Source: Bacteroidetes bacterium CG2_30_32_10
GTDB lineage: Bacteria > Bacteroidota > Bacteroidia > Bacteroidales > CG2-30-32-10
NCBI GenBank assembly: GCA_001872995.1
Contig: MNXO01000053.1
Location: forward strand, 1-41,425
DNA length: 41,425 nucleotides
Direction: 5' to 3'
Shown: positions 19,258 to 28,942 of the stretch, one piece after another
Position numbering within the stretch: the first letter of the stretch is position 1
How the letters are laid out: each line of letters opens with the position of its first letter
The notes under the pieces: generated by a model
Told to the model about the DNA's origin: nothing
Seen by the model: the letters and a program-made list of their open reading frames with translations, nothing else
Database searches by the model: none
Translations under genes and position numbers: made by a program

Positions 19258-20347
19258 ATGATTTTACCTGATAACATCAAAGAGCTAAAGAGCAGAACTG
19301 AAGCCCTGAGGAGGTTTCTTTGACATTGATAAAAAAAAAGCTGAAATAGCAGAAGAACAAAAATTAACCCAACAAGCAGATTTTTGGAACGACCCTAAAA
19401 AAGCGGAACAAATCCTGAAGAAAATCAATGAAAAAAAACGTTGGACCGATGCTTTTTCAAAGATTGAATCAAATAATGAGGATTTAATGATTTTGTATGA
19501 CTTCTTTCAAACGGGAGAAGGCATAGAAGATGATTTAGATAAACAATATAACCTAACCCTTAAGCATATTGAAGACCTTGAATTTAAAAATATGCTTAGT
19601 GGCGAGGAAGATAAATTATTCGCAATCCTCACTATTAACTCTGGTGCAGGAGGAACAGAGAGTTGTGATTGGGCTGAAATGTTACTTCGTATGTACACCA
19701 GATATGCAGAGCGAAATAATTATAAAATTAACATACTCGACCAACAAGAAGGTGATGTGGCAGGAATAAAATCGGCATCTATTGAAATTGAAGGTGAATA
19801 TGCTTATGGATATTTAAAAGGAGAAAGTGGGGTTCATCGTTTGGTTCGGCAATCGCCTTTCGATTCAGCCAACAAACGTCATACTTCTTTTGCATCAGTT
19901 TATGTATATCCTGTTATTGATGAAAATATTACCATTGATATAAACCCAGCCGACATTTCGTGGGATACCTTCCGCTCCAGTGGACCTGGCGGACAAAATG
20001 TAAACAAAGTAGAAACAGCAGTTAGAGTAAGGCATGCACCTTCGGGTATTGTTATTGAATGCCAAGAAACAAGGTCGCAAATGCAAAATAGAGAAAAAGC
20101 GATGCAAATGCTCAAATCACAACTATACGAAATTGAACTCCGTAAAAAGAAAGAAGCTATTGCAGAAATTGAAGGCACCAAAAAGAAAATTGAATGGGGC
20201 TCTCAAATTAGAAACTATGTAATGCATCCATACAAAATGGTTAAAGATGTGAGAACAGGAGTTGAAACATCAAATGTACAATTGGTAATGGATGGCGATA
20301 TTGATGAATTTATAAAAGCCTTTCTGATGGAATTTGGCAAAAAATAA
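19258..20347 (+). CDS. prfB: Peptide chain release factor 2, expressed via a +1 programmed frameshift: join(19258..19320,19322..20347)
   Basis: ORF0 (ATG 19258, [21 protein letters not shown]) ends at an in-frame TGA at 19321-19323 within CTT TGA C. The +1 frame continues [25 protein letters not shown]... and is in frame with the tracked ORF at 19487. RF2 motifs are present (SPF, GGQ: [16 protein letters not shown]). Confidence 0.93.
19308..19324 (+). promoter_or_regulatory. prfB recoding signal: SD-like GAGGAGG, 3-nt spacer, slippery CTT, TGA stop, C
   Basis: GAGGAGG TTT CTT TGA C has the same layout as the classical RF2 autoregulatory frameshift site (SD-like element 3 nt upstream of CUU UGA C). 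Confidence 0.9.
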
Positions 20348-20373
20348 TTACTACAAAATCTATTATAAAAACA

Positions 20374-20718
20374 ATGATCACAATTTACCATAATTCGCGT
20401 TGCAAAATTAGCCGTTTAGTTCTTGAAAAGCTCAAAAGTAGTGGAAAAGAATATACCATCATTGAGTATTTGAAAACAATCCCTTCTATAGAGGATATTA
20501 AGAAGCTATTACTAAAACTTAACGCCAAACCTATTGATATTATTAGGAAAAACGAAACAATTTTTAAAAAACAGTTTAAAGATAAGTCTTTTACTGACGA
20601 AGAATGGTTAATAATAATACACGAAAACCCCATTCTTATTGAAAGACCTATTCTAGAAAACAAATATAAAGCCATTATCTGCCGTCCACCTGAAAAATTT
20701 GTGGAATTGATAAAATGA
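20374..20718 (+). CDS. ArsC/Spx-family protein (YffB-like arsenate-reductase fold)
   Basis: 114 aa with an N-terminal ITIYHNSRCKISR motif (conserved Cys), RKNETIFK, and a family-typical size. Confidence 0.75.
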   Translation: MITIYHNSRCKISRLVLEKLKSSGKEYTIIEYLKTIPSIEDIKKLLLKLNAKPIDIIRKNETIFKKQFKDKSFTDEEWLIIIHENPILIERPILENKYKAIICRPPEKFVELIK

Positions 20719-20798
20719 ATTTCAAATATTACTCGCTGAACTTATGTTTTTTTAAACAAACTAATCATAAATTAAAATAAACCTAAAAAAGTAAACAC

Positions 20799-22181
20799 AT
20801 GAAAACAAGAATAGAAAAGGATACCATGGGAACCATAGAAGTTCCAGCCGACAAATACTGGGGAGCTCAAACCCAACGGTCAAAAGAAAACTTTAAAATC
20901 GGTGGACAACTGATGCCAACTGAGATTATTAATGCTTTTGCTATTTTAAAAAAAGCTGCCGCTTTTGTTAATTGCGATTTAGGCACATTAACTAAAGAAA
21001 AAGCTGATTTAATCGCGAAAGTTTGTGATGAAATTCTTGAAGGAAAACTTAACGATAACTTTCCTTTAGTTGTATGGCAAACTGGCTCTGGCACTCAAAG
21101 TAATATGAATTTGAATGAATTAATTGCCAACAGAGCCGAGATATTAAAAGGGGGAATACTGGGTGAAGGAAAAACCTTTATCCATCCCAATGATGATGTT
21201 AACAAAGCCCAATCTTCAAACGACACTTTTCCCACAGCAATGCACATTGCTGCTTACATAATAATTGTTGAAAATACACTTCCAGGAATCGAAAAACTCA
21301 GAACTACACTTTCTAAGAAAGCAGAAGAATTTGATAAAATAGTAAAAATAGGACGAACCCACTTAATGGATGCAACTCCACTTACATTAGGACAGGAATT
21401 TTCGGGATATGCCTCCCAATTATCACATGGAATTGATGCTATAAAAAATACGCTCCATCATTTATCAGAATTGGCATTAGGCGGAACCGCAGTTGGTACT
21501 GGAATAAACGCTCCAAAAGGATTTGCCGAAAAAGTTGCTACAAAAATAGCAGCACTAACAAATTACCCATTTATTACAGCACCCAATAAATTTGAATCAC
21601 TTTCTGCACACGATGCAATTGTTGAAACTTCAGGTGCTTTAAAAACTGTGGCAATAAGTATGATGCATATTGCAAACAATATTCGTTTGATGGCATCAGG
21701 TCCACGTTGTGGAATAGGCGAACTTATGCTTCCAGCAAACGAACCTGGCTCATCAATAATGCCAGGCAAAGTTAATCCTACTCAATGCGAAGCAATGACA
21801 ATGGTTGCTACACAAGTTATTGGCAATGATATGGCAATTTCTGTGGCTGGCATGCAAGGACATTTTCAACTCAATGTTTTCAAACCAGTGATGATATATA
21901 ATCTTCTGATGTCAGCCCGTTTAATTGGCGATGTTTGCGTGTCTTTCAACGATAATTGCGCAATTGGCATAGAACCTAACCATAAAGCTATTCAGCAAAA
22001 TCTCGAAAATTCGTTAATGCTTGTAACAGCTTTAAATACGCATATTGGGTATGATAATTCTGCAAAAATAGCTAAAAAAGCACTTAACGAAGGACTTACA
22101 CTTCGACAAGCAGCCATTGAATTGAAACTCGTAACAAATGAACAATTTACAGAATGGGTAAATCCACAAAAAATGATTTAA
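20799..22181 (+). CDS. fumC: Class II fumarate hydratase
   Basis: The lyase-1 signature [15 protein letters not shown] is present, plus conserved blocks ([26 protein letters not shown]). Confidence 0.95.
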   Translation: MKTRIEKDTMGTIEVPADKYWGAQTQRSKENFKIGGQLMPTEIINAFAILKKAAAFVNCDLGTLTKEKADLIAKVCDEILEGKLNDNFPLVVWQTGSGTQSNMNLNELIANRAEILKGGILGEGKTFIHPNDDVNKAQSSNDTFPTAMHIAAYIIIVENTLPGIEKLRTTLSKKAEEFDKIVKIGRTHLMDATPLTLGQEFSGYASQLSHGIDAIKNTLHHLSELALGGTAVGTGINAPKGFAEKVATKIAALTNYPFITAPNKFESLSAHDAIVETSGALKTVAISMMHIANNIRLMASGPRCGIGELMLPANEPGSSIMPGKVNPTQCEAMTMVATQVIGNDMAISVAGMQGHFQLNVFKPVMIYNLLMSARLIGDVCVSFNDNCAIGIEPNHKAIQQNLENSLMLVTALNTHIGYDNSAKIAKKALNEGLTLRQAAIELKLVTNEQFTEWVNPQKMI

Positions 22182-22261
22182 TTTCTTGGTTTTGTAAATT
22201 AATATGGTTTTTGTAAATATAAATAATTAAAAATAGCTTTATTTATAGCGGTTTCTTCCAC

Positions 22262-22300
22262 AACAATAAAAATAAATTTTATTATTGTTTTATTTTATTG
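22262..22300 (+). terminator. Possible weak AT-rich terminator hairpin downstream of fumC
   Basis: AACAATAA...TTATTGTT stem (8 bp plus extra A-T pairs) followed by a T-rich tract (TTTATTTTATTG). The all-AT stem makes this uncertain. Confidence 0.3.
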
Positions 22301-22308
22301 TACTTTTG
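22301..22308 (+). promoter_or_regulatory. Candidate -7 box (TACTTTTG) for the RRM gene
   Basis: TAnnTTTG match, with a second match (TATTTTTG) at 22314-22321. Either implies a leader of ~120-140 nt before the ATG at 22449. Confidence 0.35.
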
Positions 22309-22448
22309 CACTTTATTTTTGAGCATTAAGTATTCTGAATTTTTGAATCACATAGTTTTTTACCTTCCCTAATCTGGCAATTAATCTATATTCTTTCTTT
22401 CCCGTTTAAAACTCAAGTGTTTTTATTCATTTAATTTTTATATCCCGT

Positions 22449-22751
22449 ATGAACATTTTTATTTCAAATTTGAGTTTTAGAGTCAATGATGAAGACTTAA
22501 AACAGTTATTTGTAGAGTATGGCACCGTTACATCTGCCAAAGTTATTAACGATAAATATTCAGGAAAATCAAGAGGTTTTGGTTTTGTTGAAATGAGCGA
22601 TGATAACGACTCTAAAAAAGCGATTGAAGAATTAAACCAAGCAGAATTTGATGGCAAAGTTATTTCTGTATCCATTGCAAAACCTAAAACTGAAACCAGA
22701 CCTGGTGGCAATAGAAACTTTGGCGAAAAACCTAGTTTTAAAAGATATTAA
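22449..22751 (+). CDS. RRM-type RNA-binding protein
   Basis: RNP-2 (IFISNL) and RNP-1 (RGFGFVEM) motifs with a short Gly/Arg-rich tail. 100 aa. Confidence 0.9.
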   Translation: MNIFISNLSFRVNDEDLKQLFVEYGTVTSAKVINDKYSGKSRGFGFVEMSDDNDSKKAIEELNQAEFDGKVISVSIAKPKTETRPGGNRNFGEKPSFKRY

Positions 22752-22774
22752 AATTTTAATATCCCTAACTTATT

Positions 22775-22804
22775 AAGTCCGTTGAATTCAACGGACTTTT
22801 TTTT
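22775..22804 (+). terminator. Rho-independent terminator of the RRM gene
   Basis: Perfect palindrome AAGTCCGTTGAATTCAACGGACTT, whose last two T's begin a run of 8 T. Confidence 0.85.
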
Positions 22805-22878
22805 ATAAAAGTTTTTTCAAACATTTTTGTTTTGAATTCTTAATTAATTACTATTTTTACTTTCTAAAAAAAAATGCT

Positions 22879-23823
22879 ATGGAAAACGATGCTCAATTTC
22901 ATTCCTATTATATCAACCAACTTGAGCCACAATTAGATGCTTTGGAAGTTGAACGAAAAAAAGTAAAAAACAAAATATTAATCATGCTCCTTATTGGAAC
23001 AGTTGGTTATGCCATTCTTATAACTATACTTTCTCAACTTATTTTTATGGTAGCTCCAGTAGCTGTTATTATTGCTATTGTGGATATTATTACTTGTGGC
23101 ATTTTATATTATGTTTTTGTTAAGAAATACAAAAAAACATTTAAAGTTGATATTGTGAAGTTATTGCTTGCCTTCTTTAAACAAGATTTGGAATATTTTC
23201 CTCAACAAAAGATTCCACAAAATGAATATTCGCAAAGCCAACTATTTCTTAAAACCGTATCAAGATATAATGGAGAAGATATGGTAACAGGAATTGTTAA
23301 TAATATTCCTTTTTCCTTTTCCGAGTTACACACACAATACAGAAGCAGTGATGGCAAAAAAACAAGCTATCCCACCATATTTAAAGGAATATTTGTGGTT
23401 GCTCAACTCAAAAAACAATATGCAAATACTGTTATTTTACCCGATACTGCCGAAAAACTATTAGGCGGTAAAATTGGGCATTTTTTCCAATCGATGAGTT
23501 TCAATCGAGGAAAACTAATAAAAACAGATTTTCCAGATTTTGAAAAAGAATTTGTTGTTTATGGCGAAAACCCTGATGAAAGTTTAAATTTGCTTTCTAT
23601 GGACTTAGTGCAAAGAATTATGCAGTTTAAATTTAAATGCAATTCAAAGATTTATGTGTCTTTTAACTCTAATAAACTATTTGTAGCAATATCCAGCAAA
23701 AAAGATATGTTTGAAGCACGTGTGTTTAAACCAATTAAAGATTATAATTTTATCAAAACCCAAATAGATTACTTCGATTGGATACTTGGTATTGTTGAAG
23801 ATTTTAATTTAAAAAGATTTTAG
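22879..23823 (+). CDS. Two-TM membrane protein of unknown function (possibly DUF3137-like)
   Basis: 314-aa ORF with an N-terminal helix, two adjacent TM segments (ILIMLLIGTVGYAILITILSQLIFMVAPVAVIIAIVDIITCGILYYVF), then a ~230-aa soluble domain. The family assignment is from memory of the architecture only. Confidence 0.6.
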   Translation: MENDAQFHSYYINQLEPQLDALEVERKKVKNKILIMLLIGTVGYAILITILSQLIFMVAPVAVIIAIVDIITCGILYYVFVKKYKKTFKVDIVKLLLAFFKQDLEYFPQQKIPQNEYSQSQLFLKTVSRYNGEDMVTGIVNNIPFSFSELHTQYRSSDGKKTSYPTIFKGIFVVAQLKKQYANTVILPDTAEKLLGGKIGHFFQSMSFNRGKLIKTDFPDFEKEFVVYGENPDESLNLLSMDLVQRIMQFKFKCNSKIYVSFNSNKLFVAISSKKDMFEARVFKPIKDYNFIKTQIDYFDWILGIVEDFNLKRF

Positions 23824-23856
23824 TTAATTCAAATAAAAAATAAATAAATATTTTCA

Positions 23857-24411
23857 ATGAAGGGTGTGCTTTCGAAGTGGGTGTTGCGAGTTTTAGGTTG
23901 GAAAATCAAAGGAAGTTTACCACCAGATATTAAAAAATGTATCTTAGTAGCAGCTCCACATACAAGTTATTGGGACTTTCTGATAGCACGACTTACATTT
24001 TATTATATGCACGTAAATGTTCGCTTTCTAATTAAAAAAGAGTTGTTTAAATTCCCTTTTAAAAGATATATCAAATGGATAGGCTGCATACCCGTTGATA
24101 AAAGCAATTCTAAAAAAGCTATTTTTTCGGCGGTAGCGGCAATCCATAAATACGATACCATTCATTTGGTCATTACGCCCGAAGGTACACGAAAATATAC
24201 CAATCGCTGGAAAAAAGGTTTTTATTTTATTGCGGTGCATGCCAATATCCCAATGGTTTTAACCTATGTAGATTATGCCAAAAAAGAAGGAGGTTTTGGT
24301 CCTTTAATTTATCCTTCTGGCAATTTTGATAAAGACTTTGCACAAATAGAGCAATTTTATAGCACCATCACTGCAAAATATCCTGAAAACTTCAACCTTA
24401 GCCCTAAATAA
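23857..24411 (+). CDS. PlsC-family acyltransferase (1-acyl-sn-glycerol-3-phosphate acyltransferase-like)
   Basis: HX4D motif (APHTSYWDF) and PEGTR motif (ITPEGTRKY). 184 aa. Confidence 0.8.
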   Translation: MKGVLSKWVLRVLGWKIKGSLPPDIKKCILVAAPHTSYWDFLIARLTFYYMHVNVRFLIKKELFKFPFKRYIKWIGCIPVDKSNSKKAIFSAVAAIHKYDTIHLVITPEGTRKYTNRWKKGFYFIAVHANIPMVLTYVDYAKKEGGFGPLIYPSGNFDKDFAQIEQFYSTITAKYPENFNLSPK

Positions 24412-24510
24412 ACAGAATGATTTTTTAAATAAAACTTAACAAAAGCTTAATAAATTATTAAAAAATTAATTATTACATTGCACTCCAAATTTGTTTAACT
24501 AAAAATTTTT

Positions 24511-27063
24511 ATGATGAAAAAAACATTACTCTTATTTGCTATTTGCCTATTAACGTTGGCATCTATCAATGCTCAAACATTAATAAAAGGCAAAATAATT
24601 GATGCCAAAAACAATGAAGAATTAATTGGTGCAATTATTATGGTAGAAGGAACAGGTACAGGTACTACTTCTACGCTTGATGGCAGCTTCTCTTTTAAAG
24701 TAAAACCAGGCGATCTCAAAATTGAAATCAGCTTTATGGGTTATGTCAAACAATTCATAGATGTTAAAATTGCAAATGGCGAAACCAAAGATATTGGCAC
24801 AATAGCACTTGAAACAGATGCTATTGGCTTAGAAGAAATTAAAATAGTCGCATCTTTTGCAATAGATAGAGTAACACCAATTTCAGTTTCCACAATTAGC
24901 CCTACTTTAATACAAGAAAAACTTGGTAGCAAAGAATTTCCCGAAATATTAAAATCAACACCCAGTGTTTATGCAACTAAAACAGGCGGTGGTTATGGCG
25001 ATGGTCGAATAAACCTACGTGGTTTCTCTTCTAATAATATTGGCGTGCTAATTAATGGCGTTCCTGTTAATGATATGGAAAGTGGTGCCGTTTATTGGTC
25101 AAATTGGGCAGGACTTTCTGATGTAACCAGAACAATGCAAGTGCAACGTGGCTTAGGAGCATCTAAATTGGCATTGTCATCTGTTGGTGGTACCATTAAC
25201 ATTATCACTAAATCAATTGATGCTAAAAAAGGAGGTTCTATTTATTATGGCATAGGTAATGATAATTATCAAAAAACTGCCTTTACTTTATCAACTGGTT
25301 TAATGGAAAATGGCTGGGCTATCACTGCAAATGGTTCTCATACTACTGGTGATGGCTATATTAAAGGTGCAAATTTTGAAGGTTGGTCTTATTTTCTGAA
25401 TGTTGCAAAAAAAATAAACGAAAAACATCAATTATCATATACTGTTTTTGGTGCTCCACAATGGCATAACCAACGTTATTACAAACACTCGATTCAAGAT
25501 TATCGCGATAACCCAGATGGTACTAAGCTTAATACAGATTATGGATACTTGAACGGAAAAATATATTCTATTCAACACAATCAATACCATAAACCACAAA
25601 TGTCCGTAAATCATACATGGTTAATAAATACTAATACCCATTTATCTACTGCTGTGTATGCTTCATTTGGTCGTGGTGGTGGAAGACGAATAAGAGGAAC
25701 CAGTGCTAATTGGATACAATTCCAAAGCAATGGCAAACCTTACGATATGACTCTTATTACTCCTGATAATCATCTAAATTTGGAAGCTGTTTTAGATTCT
25801 AACAAAGCATCGCAAGTGGGTTCTAAAGCTGTTATGCAAATGGATATGAATTCGCACGATTGGTATGGTATTTTATCAAACTTAAATAAACAAATGGGCA
25901 ATTTCAATATTACTGCAGGAGTTGATGGTAGATTTTACAAAGGTTATCATTATACTGAAATAACCGATTTACTTGGCGGCGATTATTATATTGACCCAAC
26001 TGCCAATGTAAACAGAACGATAGGAAGTCCATTGCAAGTTGGCGATAAAGTGAATAGAGATTATATTGGCAAAGTAATTTGGGGCGGGTTGTTTGGTCAA
26101 GCTGAATATGTTGTTGATAAATACTCTGCATTCCTTTCGCTTGCTGTTTCTAATACTACTTATCAACGATTTGACTATTTCCAATATACACCAGAACAAG
26201 GACAAGCAAGTGCAAAGAAAAGCTTTTTAGGATATAGTTTTAAAGGTGGTACCAATTATAACCTCAATAAGAAACATAATGTTTTTATTAATGCAGGTTA
26301 TTTTCTTAGAGCTCCTTATTTTTCTTTCGTTTTTAAAAATTATACTAATAATCTTAATGAAGGCGTTAAACCTGAAAGAGTACTTTCTTATGAAGGTGGT
26401 TATGGCTTCCGTTCCAAATTTATGTCTGCAAATTTAACTTTGTACCAAACTTCTTGGTTAGATAAAGCTTTAACAAGAACTAATGGCAACGATTTAATAA
26501 ATATTACTGGTTTAAATGCTATTCACAAAGGCATAGAGCTTTCTGTTTCTTCAAATCCAATAAAAAAAGTGGATGTTATTTTAATGACTTCTATTGGAAG
26601 TTGGAAATGGGACAAAGATGTAGAAGCCGAAATATATGATGCAAACAACAATTATGTACGCACCGATTCTGTTTTTGCTAAAGGAATTCATGTTGGTGAT
26701 GCTGCCCAAACAACCGCCTCACTTACTATTAATTACGAAGTATTCCCTAAAGTTAGACTTGGCGTAGATTATAATTATGCAGCAAATTTATATGCCTATT
26801 TTGATATTGCCAGCCGAAGTAATTCTTCTGATAAAGGAGACGACGCTTGGAAACTCCCAGCATATAGCTTATTCGATTTAAATGTAAAATATCTTTTTAA
26901 TCTTGGTAAATTAGATGCTACACTCATCGGAAATGTGGACAATATTTTTGATGTTGAATACTTGGCTGATGCTACTGACGGAGCTAATCACGATGCCATT
27001 ACTTCTACTGTGTTTTATGGCTTTGGTAGAACTGCAACACTTTCACTGAAAATTAATTTCTAA
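24511..27063 (+). CDS. TonB-dependent receptor with an N-terminal CarboxypepD_reg-like domain
   Basis: Signal peptide, then GKIIDAKNNEELIGAIIMVEGTGTGTTSTLDGSFSF (CarboxypepD_reg), a plug region (GRINLRGFSSNNIGVLINGVPVND), a long beta-barrel, and a terminal aromatic residue (SLKINF). Confidence 0.9.
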   Translation: MMKKTLLLFAICLLTLASINAQTLIKGKIIDAKNNEELIGAIIMVEGTGTGTTSTLDGSFSFKVKPGDLKIEISFMGYVKQFIDVKIANGETKDIGTIALETDAIGLEEIKIVASFAIDRVTPISVSTISPTLIQEKLGSKEFPEILKSTPSVYATKTGGGYGDGRINLRGFSSNNIGVLINGVPVNDMESGAVYWSNWAGLSDVTRTMQVQRGLGASKLALSSVGGTINIITKSIDAKKGGSIYYGIGNDNYQKTAFTLSTGLMENGWAITANGSHTTGDGYIKGANFEGWSYFLNVAKKINEKHQLSYTVFGAPQWHNQRYYKHSIQDYRDNPDGTKLNTDYGYLNGKIYSIQHNQYHKPQMSVNHTWLINTNTHLSTAVYASFGRGGGRRIRGTSANWIQFQSNGKPYDMTLITPDNHLNLEAVLDSNKASQVGSKAVMQMDMNSHDWYGILSNLNKQMGNFNITAGVDGRFYKGYHYTEITDLLGGDYYIDPTANVNRTIGSPLQVGDKVNRDYIGKVIWGGLFGQAEYVVDKYSAFLSLAVSNTTYQRFDYFQYTPEQGQASAKKSFLGYSFKGGTNYNLNKKHNVFINAGYFLRAPYFSFVFKNYTNNLNEGVKPERVLSYEGGYGFRSKFMSANLTLYQTSWLDKALTRTNGNDLINITGLNAIHKGIELSVSSNPIKKVDVILMTSIGSWKWDKDVEAEIYDANNNYVRTDSVFAKGIHVGDAAQTTASLTINYEVFPKVRLGVDYNYAANLYAYFDIASRSNSSDKGDDAWKLPAYSLFDLNVKYLFNLGKLDATLIGNVDNIFDVEYLADATDGANHDAITSTVFYGFGRTATLSLKINF

Positions 27064-27087
27064 ATTTTAATTAAAACTTATATACAC

Positions 27088-28470
27088 ATGAAAAAACTTT
27101 ATTTAATAACATTATTCGCATCTTTGCTTATAACAGCTTGCGATCCAAATAAAGACATCTATAATGATCTTGATAAACTTAAGAATCCTTATAGCGATAT
27201 TCTTACTTATACGATGATTTCTGCCGACTATTCAACATTTAGCTCTTTGGCATTGAAAACTGCAACTTCAAAATGGGACTCTACCCTTGCTAAAGAAATA
27301 AAGACATACACCAGCTTTGGTCCTTATAGAAACATTGCAAATTATGGAACTGCTGCAAATTCTTTTCTTACTACCAAATTTGTTGCTCTTAAAAAAGGCT
27401 CCGTTGTTTATATTAAAAGCGATTTTAGCACTTCTTACAGTTTAAAAACACCTGATGCAAATGCTGCTTTACCTATCGCAGCTGGTGTAGAATTATACAC
27501 CTTAATCGCTGGAGATTACACCGCTGCTGGCTTAGATTCTGGTTTTGTTGGTGCTAACCAAATGGTAAAACTTACCGATTACCTGAAAAGTACAATATGC
27601 CCCAATGCTGTAAAAGACCAATTTTTAGTGGTCAATTACAAAAAATCTTTAACTACCTCTGTGGATGGTTATTTTATTTTCAATGGGACTGCTTGGAGCC
27701 TCGATGCTGCTAAAAGCTATGTGCTGGTGATGGCTGATTACGATGCAATGGGAGCCCCTGGCACTAATGATAACTTTTCAAGTTCTATTGTACCGCAAAA
27801 TTATTTGCCCGCTTTTTTAAAAATTAAATATCCTTATGCTCAGACAAATGACGTAAAAGTATTGATTTATAAGTATTATTCAAGTGGAGTGCAAACACAC
27901 ATAGCAACCTATACCTACGATGGTTCCTTATGGAAAGAAAGAACATCAAAGTTAGACCAATATATCAATAATGGCGAAGCTTGGTTCTACGACCCTACTA
28001 TTAAGTTTACGATGATTGCTGCCGATTACCAGATTATTTGCGATTTTGTGAAAAATGACCCCGAAAAAAGCACTTATTTCAATAAAAAATACAAAAATGA
28101 AGAGTATTGGTTTGGTGCCAATGCATATCGTGTTAATTTTGACTTTAAAGTCGTTAATAGAACAGGAATTTACACAATAGACGCTACCGTTTATCAGAAA
28201 GACTCTCTGGGAACATTTACAGGAAAAACCATTGCAGAAAATACAATTACTTTCAATACCCGATTAAAAGAAGGATTAATTGTATTATTAGAAGCCAAAT
28301 ATCCCACTTTACAACCTTTAACATCCACTGGTTTGCAAGCCTATATTGAAGTGAAATACAATATTTACACTGGTTTCAATCCAACTCCTCAATATACTGC
28401 TAAATTTAAAGTTACTGGTGTAGGTAAATTTGAAAATGAAACCTATACCAATGTTGATTGTATTCCATAG
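27088..28470 (+). CDS. Lipoprotein of unknown function with a four-fold internal repeat, partner of the upstream TonB-dependent receptor
   Basis: Lipobox LLITAC, 24 nt downstream of the receptor stop. Four repeat starts are visible: YTMISADYSTF, YTLIAGDYTAAG, YVLVMADYDAMG, FTMIAADYQIIC. Confidence 0.75.
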   Translation: MKKLYLITLFASLLITACDPNKDIYNDLDKLKNPYSDILTYTMISADYSTFSSLALKTATSKWDSTLAKEIKTYTSFGPYRNIANYGTAANSFLTTKFVALKKGSVVYIKSDFSTSYSLKTPDANAALPIAAGVELYTLIAGDYTAAGLDSGFVGANQMVKLTDYLKSTICPNAVKDQFLVVNYKKSLTTSVDGYFIFNGTAWSLDAAKSYVLVMADYDAMGAPGTNDNFSSSIVPQNYLPAFLKIKYPYAQTNDVKVLIYKYYSSGVQTHIATYTYDGSLWKERTSKLDQYINNGEAWFYDPTIKFTMIAADYQIICDFVKNDPEKSTYFNKKYKNEEYWFGANAYRVNFDFKVVNRTGIYTIDATVYQKDSLGTFTGKTIAENTITFNTRLKEGLIVLLEAKYPTLQPLTSTGLQAYIEVKYNIYTGFNPTPQYTAKFKVTGVGKFENETYTNVDCIP

Positions 28471-28500
28471 AACAAAATACTTTTAACATAAAAAAATTAA

Positions 28501-28546
28501 AAAGTCATAAATGATGGTTACGAACTACCATTATTTATGACTTTTT
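28501..28546 (+). terminator. Rho-independent terminator of the receptor-lipoprotein pair
   Basis: An 18-bp stem (AAAGTCATAAATGATGGT / ACCATTATTTATGACTTT, one G-U pair) whose final T's begin a run of 5 T (28542-28546). Confidence 0.8.
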
Positions 28547-28558
28547 GTTTTTTAATTG

Positions 28559-28566
28559 TATTTTTG
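28559..28566 (+). promoter_or_regulatory. Candidate -7 box (TATTTTTG) for the MerR-family gene
   Basis: TAnnTTTG match 27 nt upstream of ATG 28593. It lies inside the TTG-extended ORF from the track, which argues for the ATG start. Confidence 0.4.
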
Positions 28567-28592
28567 TAAAATCCTTTTCAAATCAATTTTAT

Positions 28593-28922
28593 ATGACAAA
28601 TAAGGAAACATTAAAAGTTTATTATTCTATTGGTGAAGTAGCCAAGCTTTTTAATGTAAATGCCTCTCTTATTCGCTTTTGGGAAAAAGAATTTGATATT
28701 ATCAAACCAAAAAAAAACAAGAAAGGCAATCGACAATTTACTCAACAAGATGTAGATAACTTTTATATCATCTATCACCTAGTAAAAGAAAGAGGTTTTA
28801 CCCTACAAGGAGCAAAGGACAAACTCAAAGACAATACCAGCGAAACAATTGATAACACAGAAATAATTAAATCACTCGATAAACTCAAGGATTTTCTATT
28901 AGAAATAAAAGCTCAATTGTAA
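28593..28922 (+). CDS. MerR-family transcriptional regulator (small, HTH only)
   Basis: The MerR HTH is present (YYSIGEVAKLFNVNASLIRFWEKEFDI...KKNKKGNRQFTQQDVDNF). The track's TTG 28545 extension adds a non-homologous hydrophobic head, so ATG 28593 is preferred. Confidence 0.85.
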   Translation: MTNKETLKVYYSIGEVAKLFNVNASLIRFWEKEFDIIKPKKNKKGNRQFTQQDVDNFYIIYHLVKERGFTLQGAKDKLKDNTSETIDNTEIIKSLDKLKDFLLEIKAQL

Positions 28923-28942
28923 AGCAAAACTTCTATATATAA

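Noticed and set aside
24511-28470. A SusC/SusD-type polysaccharide utilisation locus.
   Set aside because: The receptor is shorter than typical SusC/RagA proteins, the partner lipoprotein has no SusD-like features, and no glycoside hydrolases or hybrid two-component/ECF regulators are adjacent.
28545-28592. TTG-initiated N-terminal extensions proposed by the ORF track for the MerR gene here, for the polyprenyl synthase gene (16762) and, as an upstream ATG, for the small lipoprotein (30109).
   Set aside because: The extensions add non-homologous residues. In the MerR case the extension overlaps the candidate promoter and terminator. Downstream ATGs give canonical N-termini (the HTH lead-in and the lipoprotein signal peptide).
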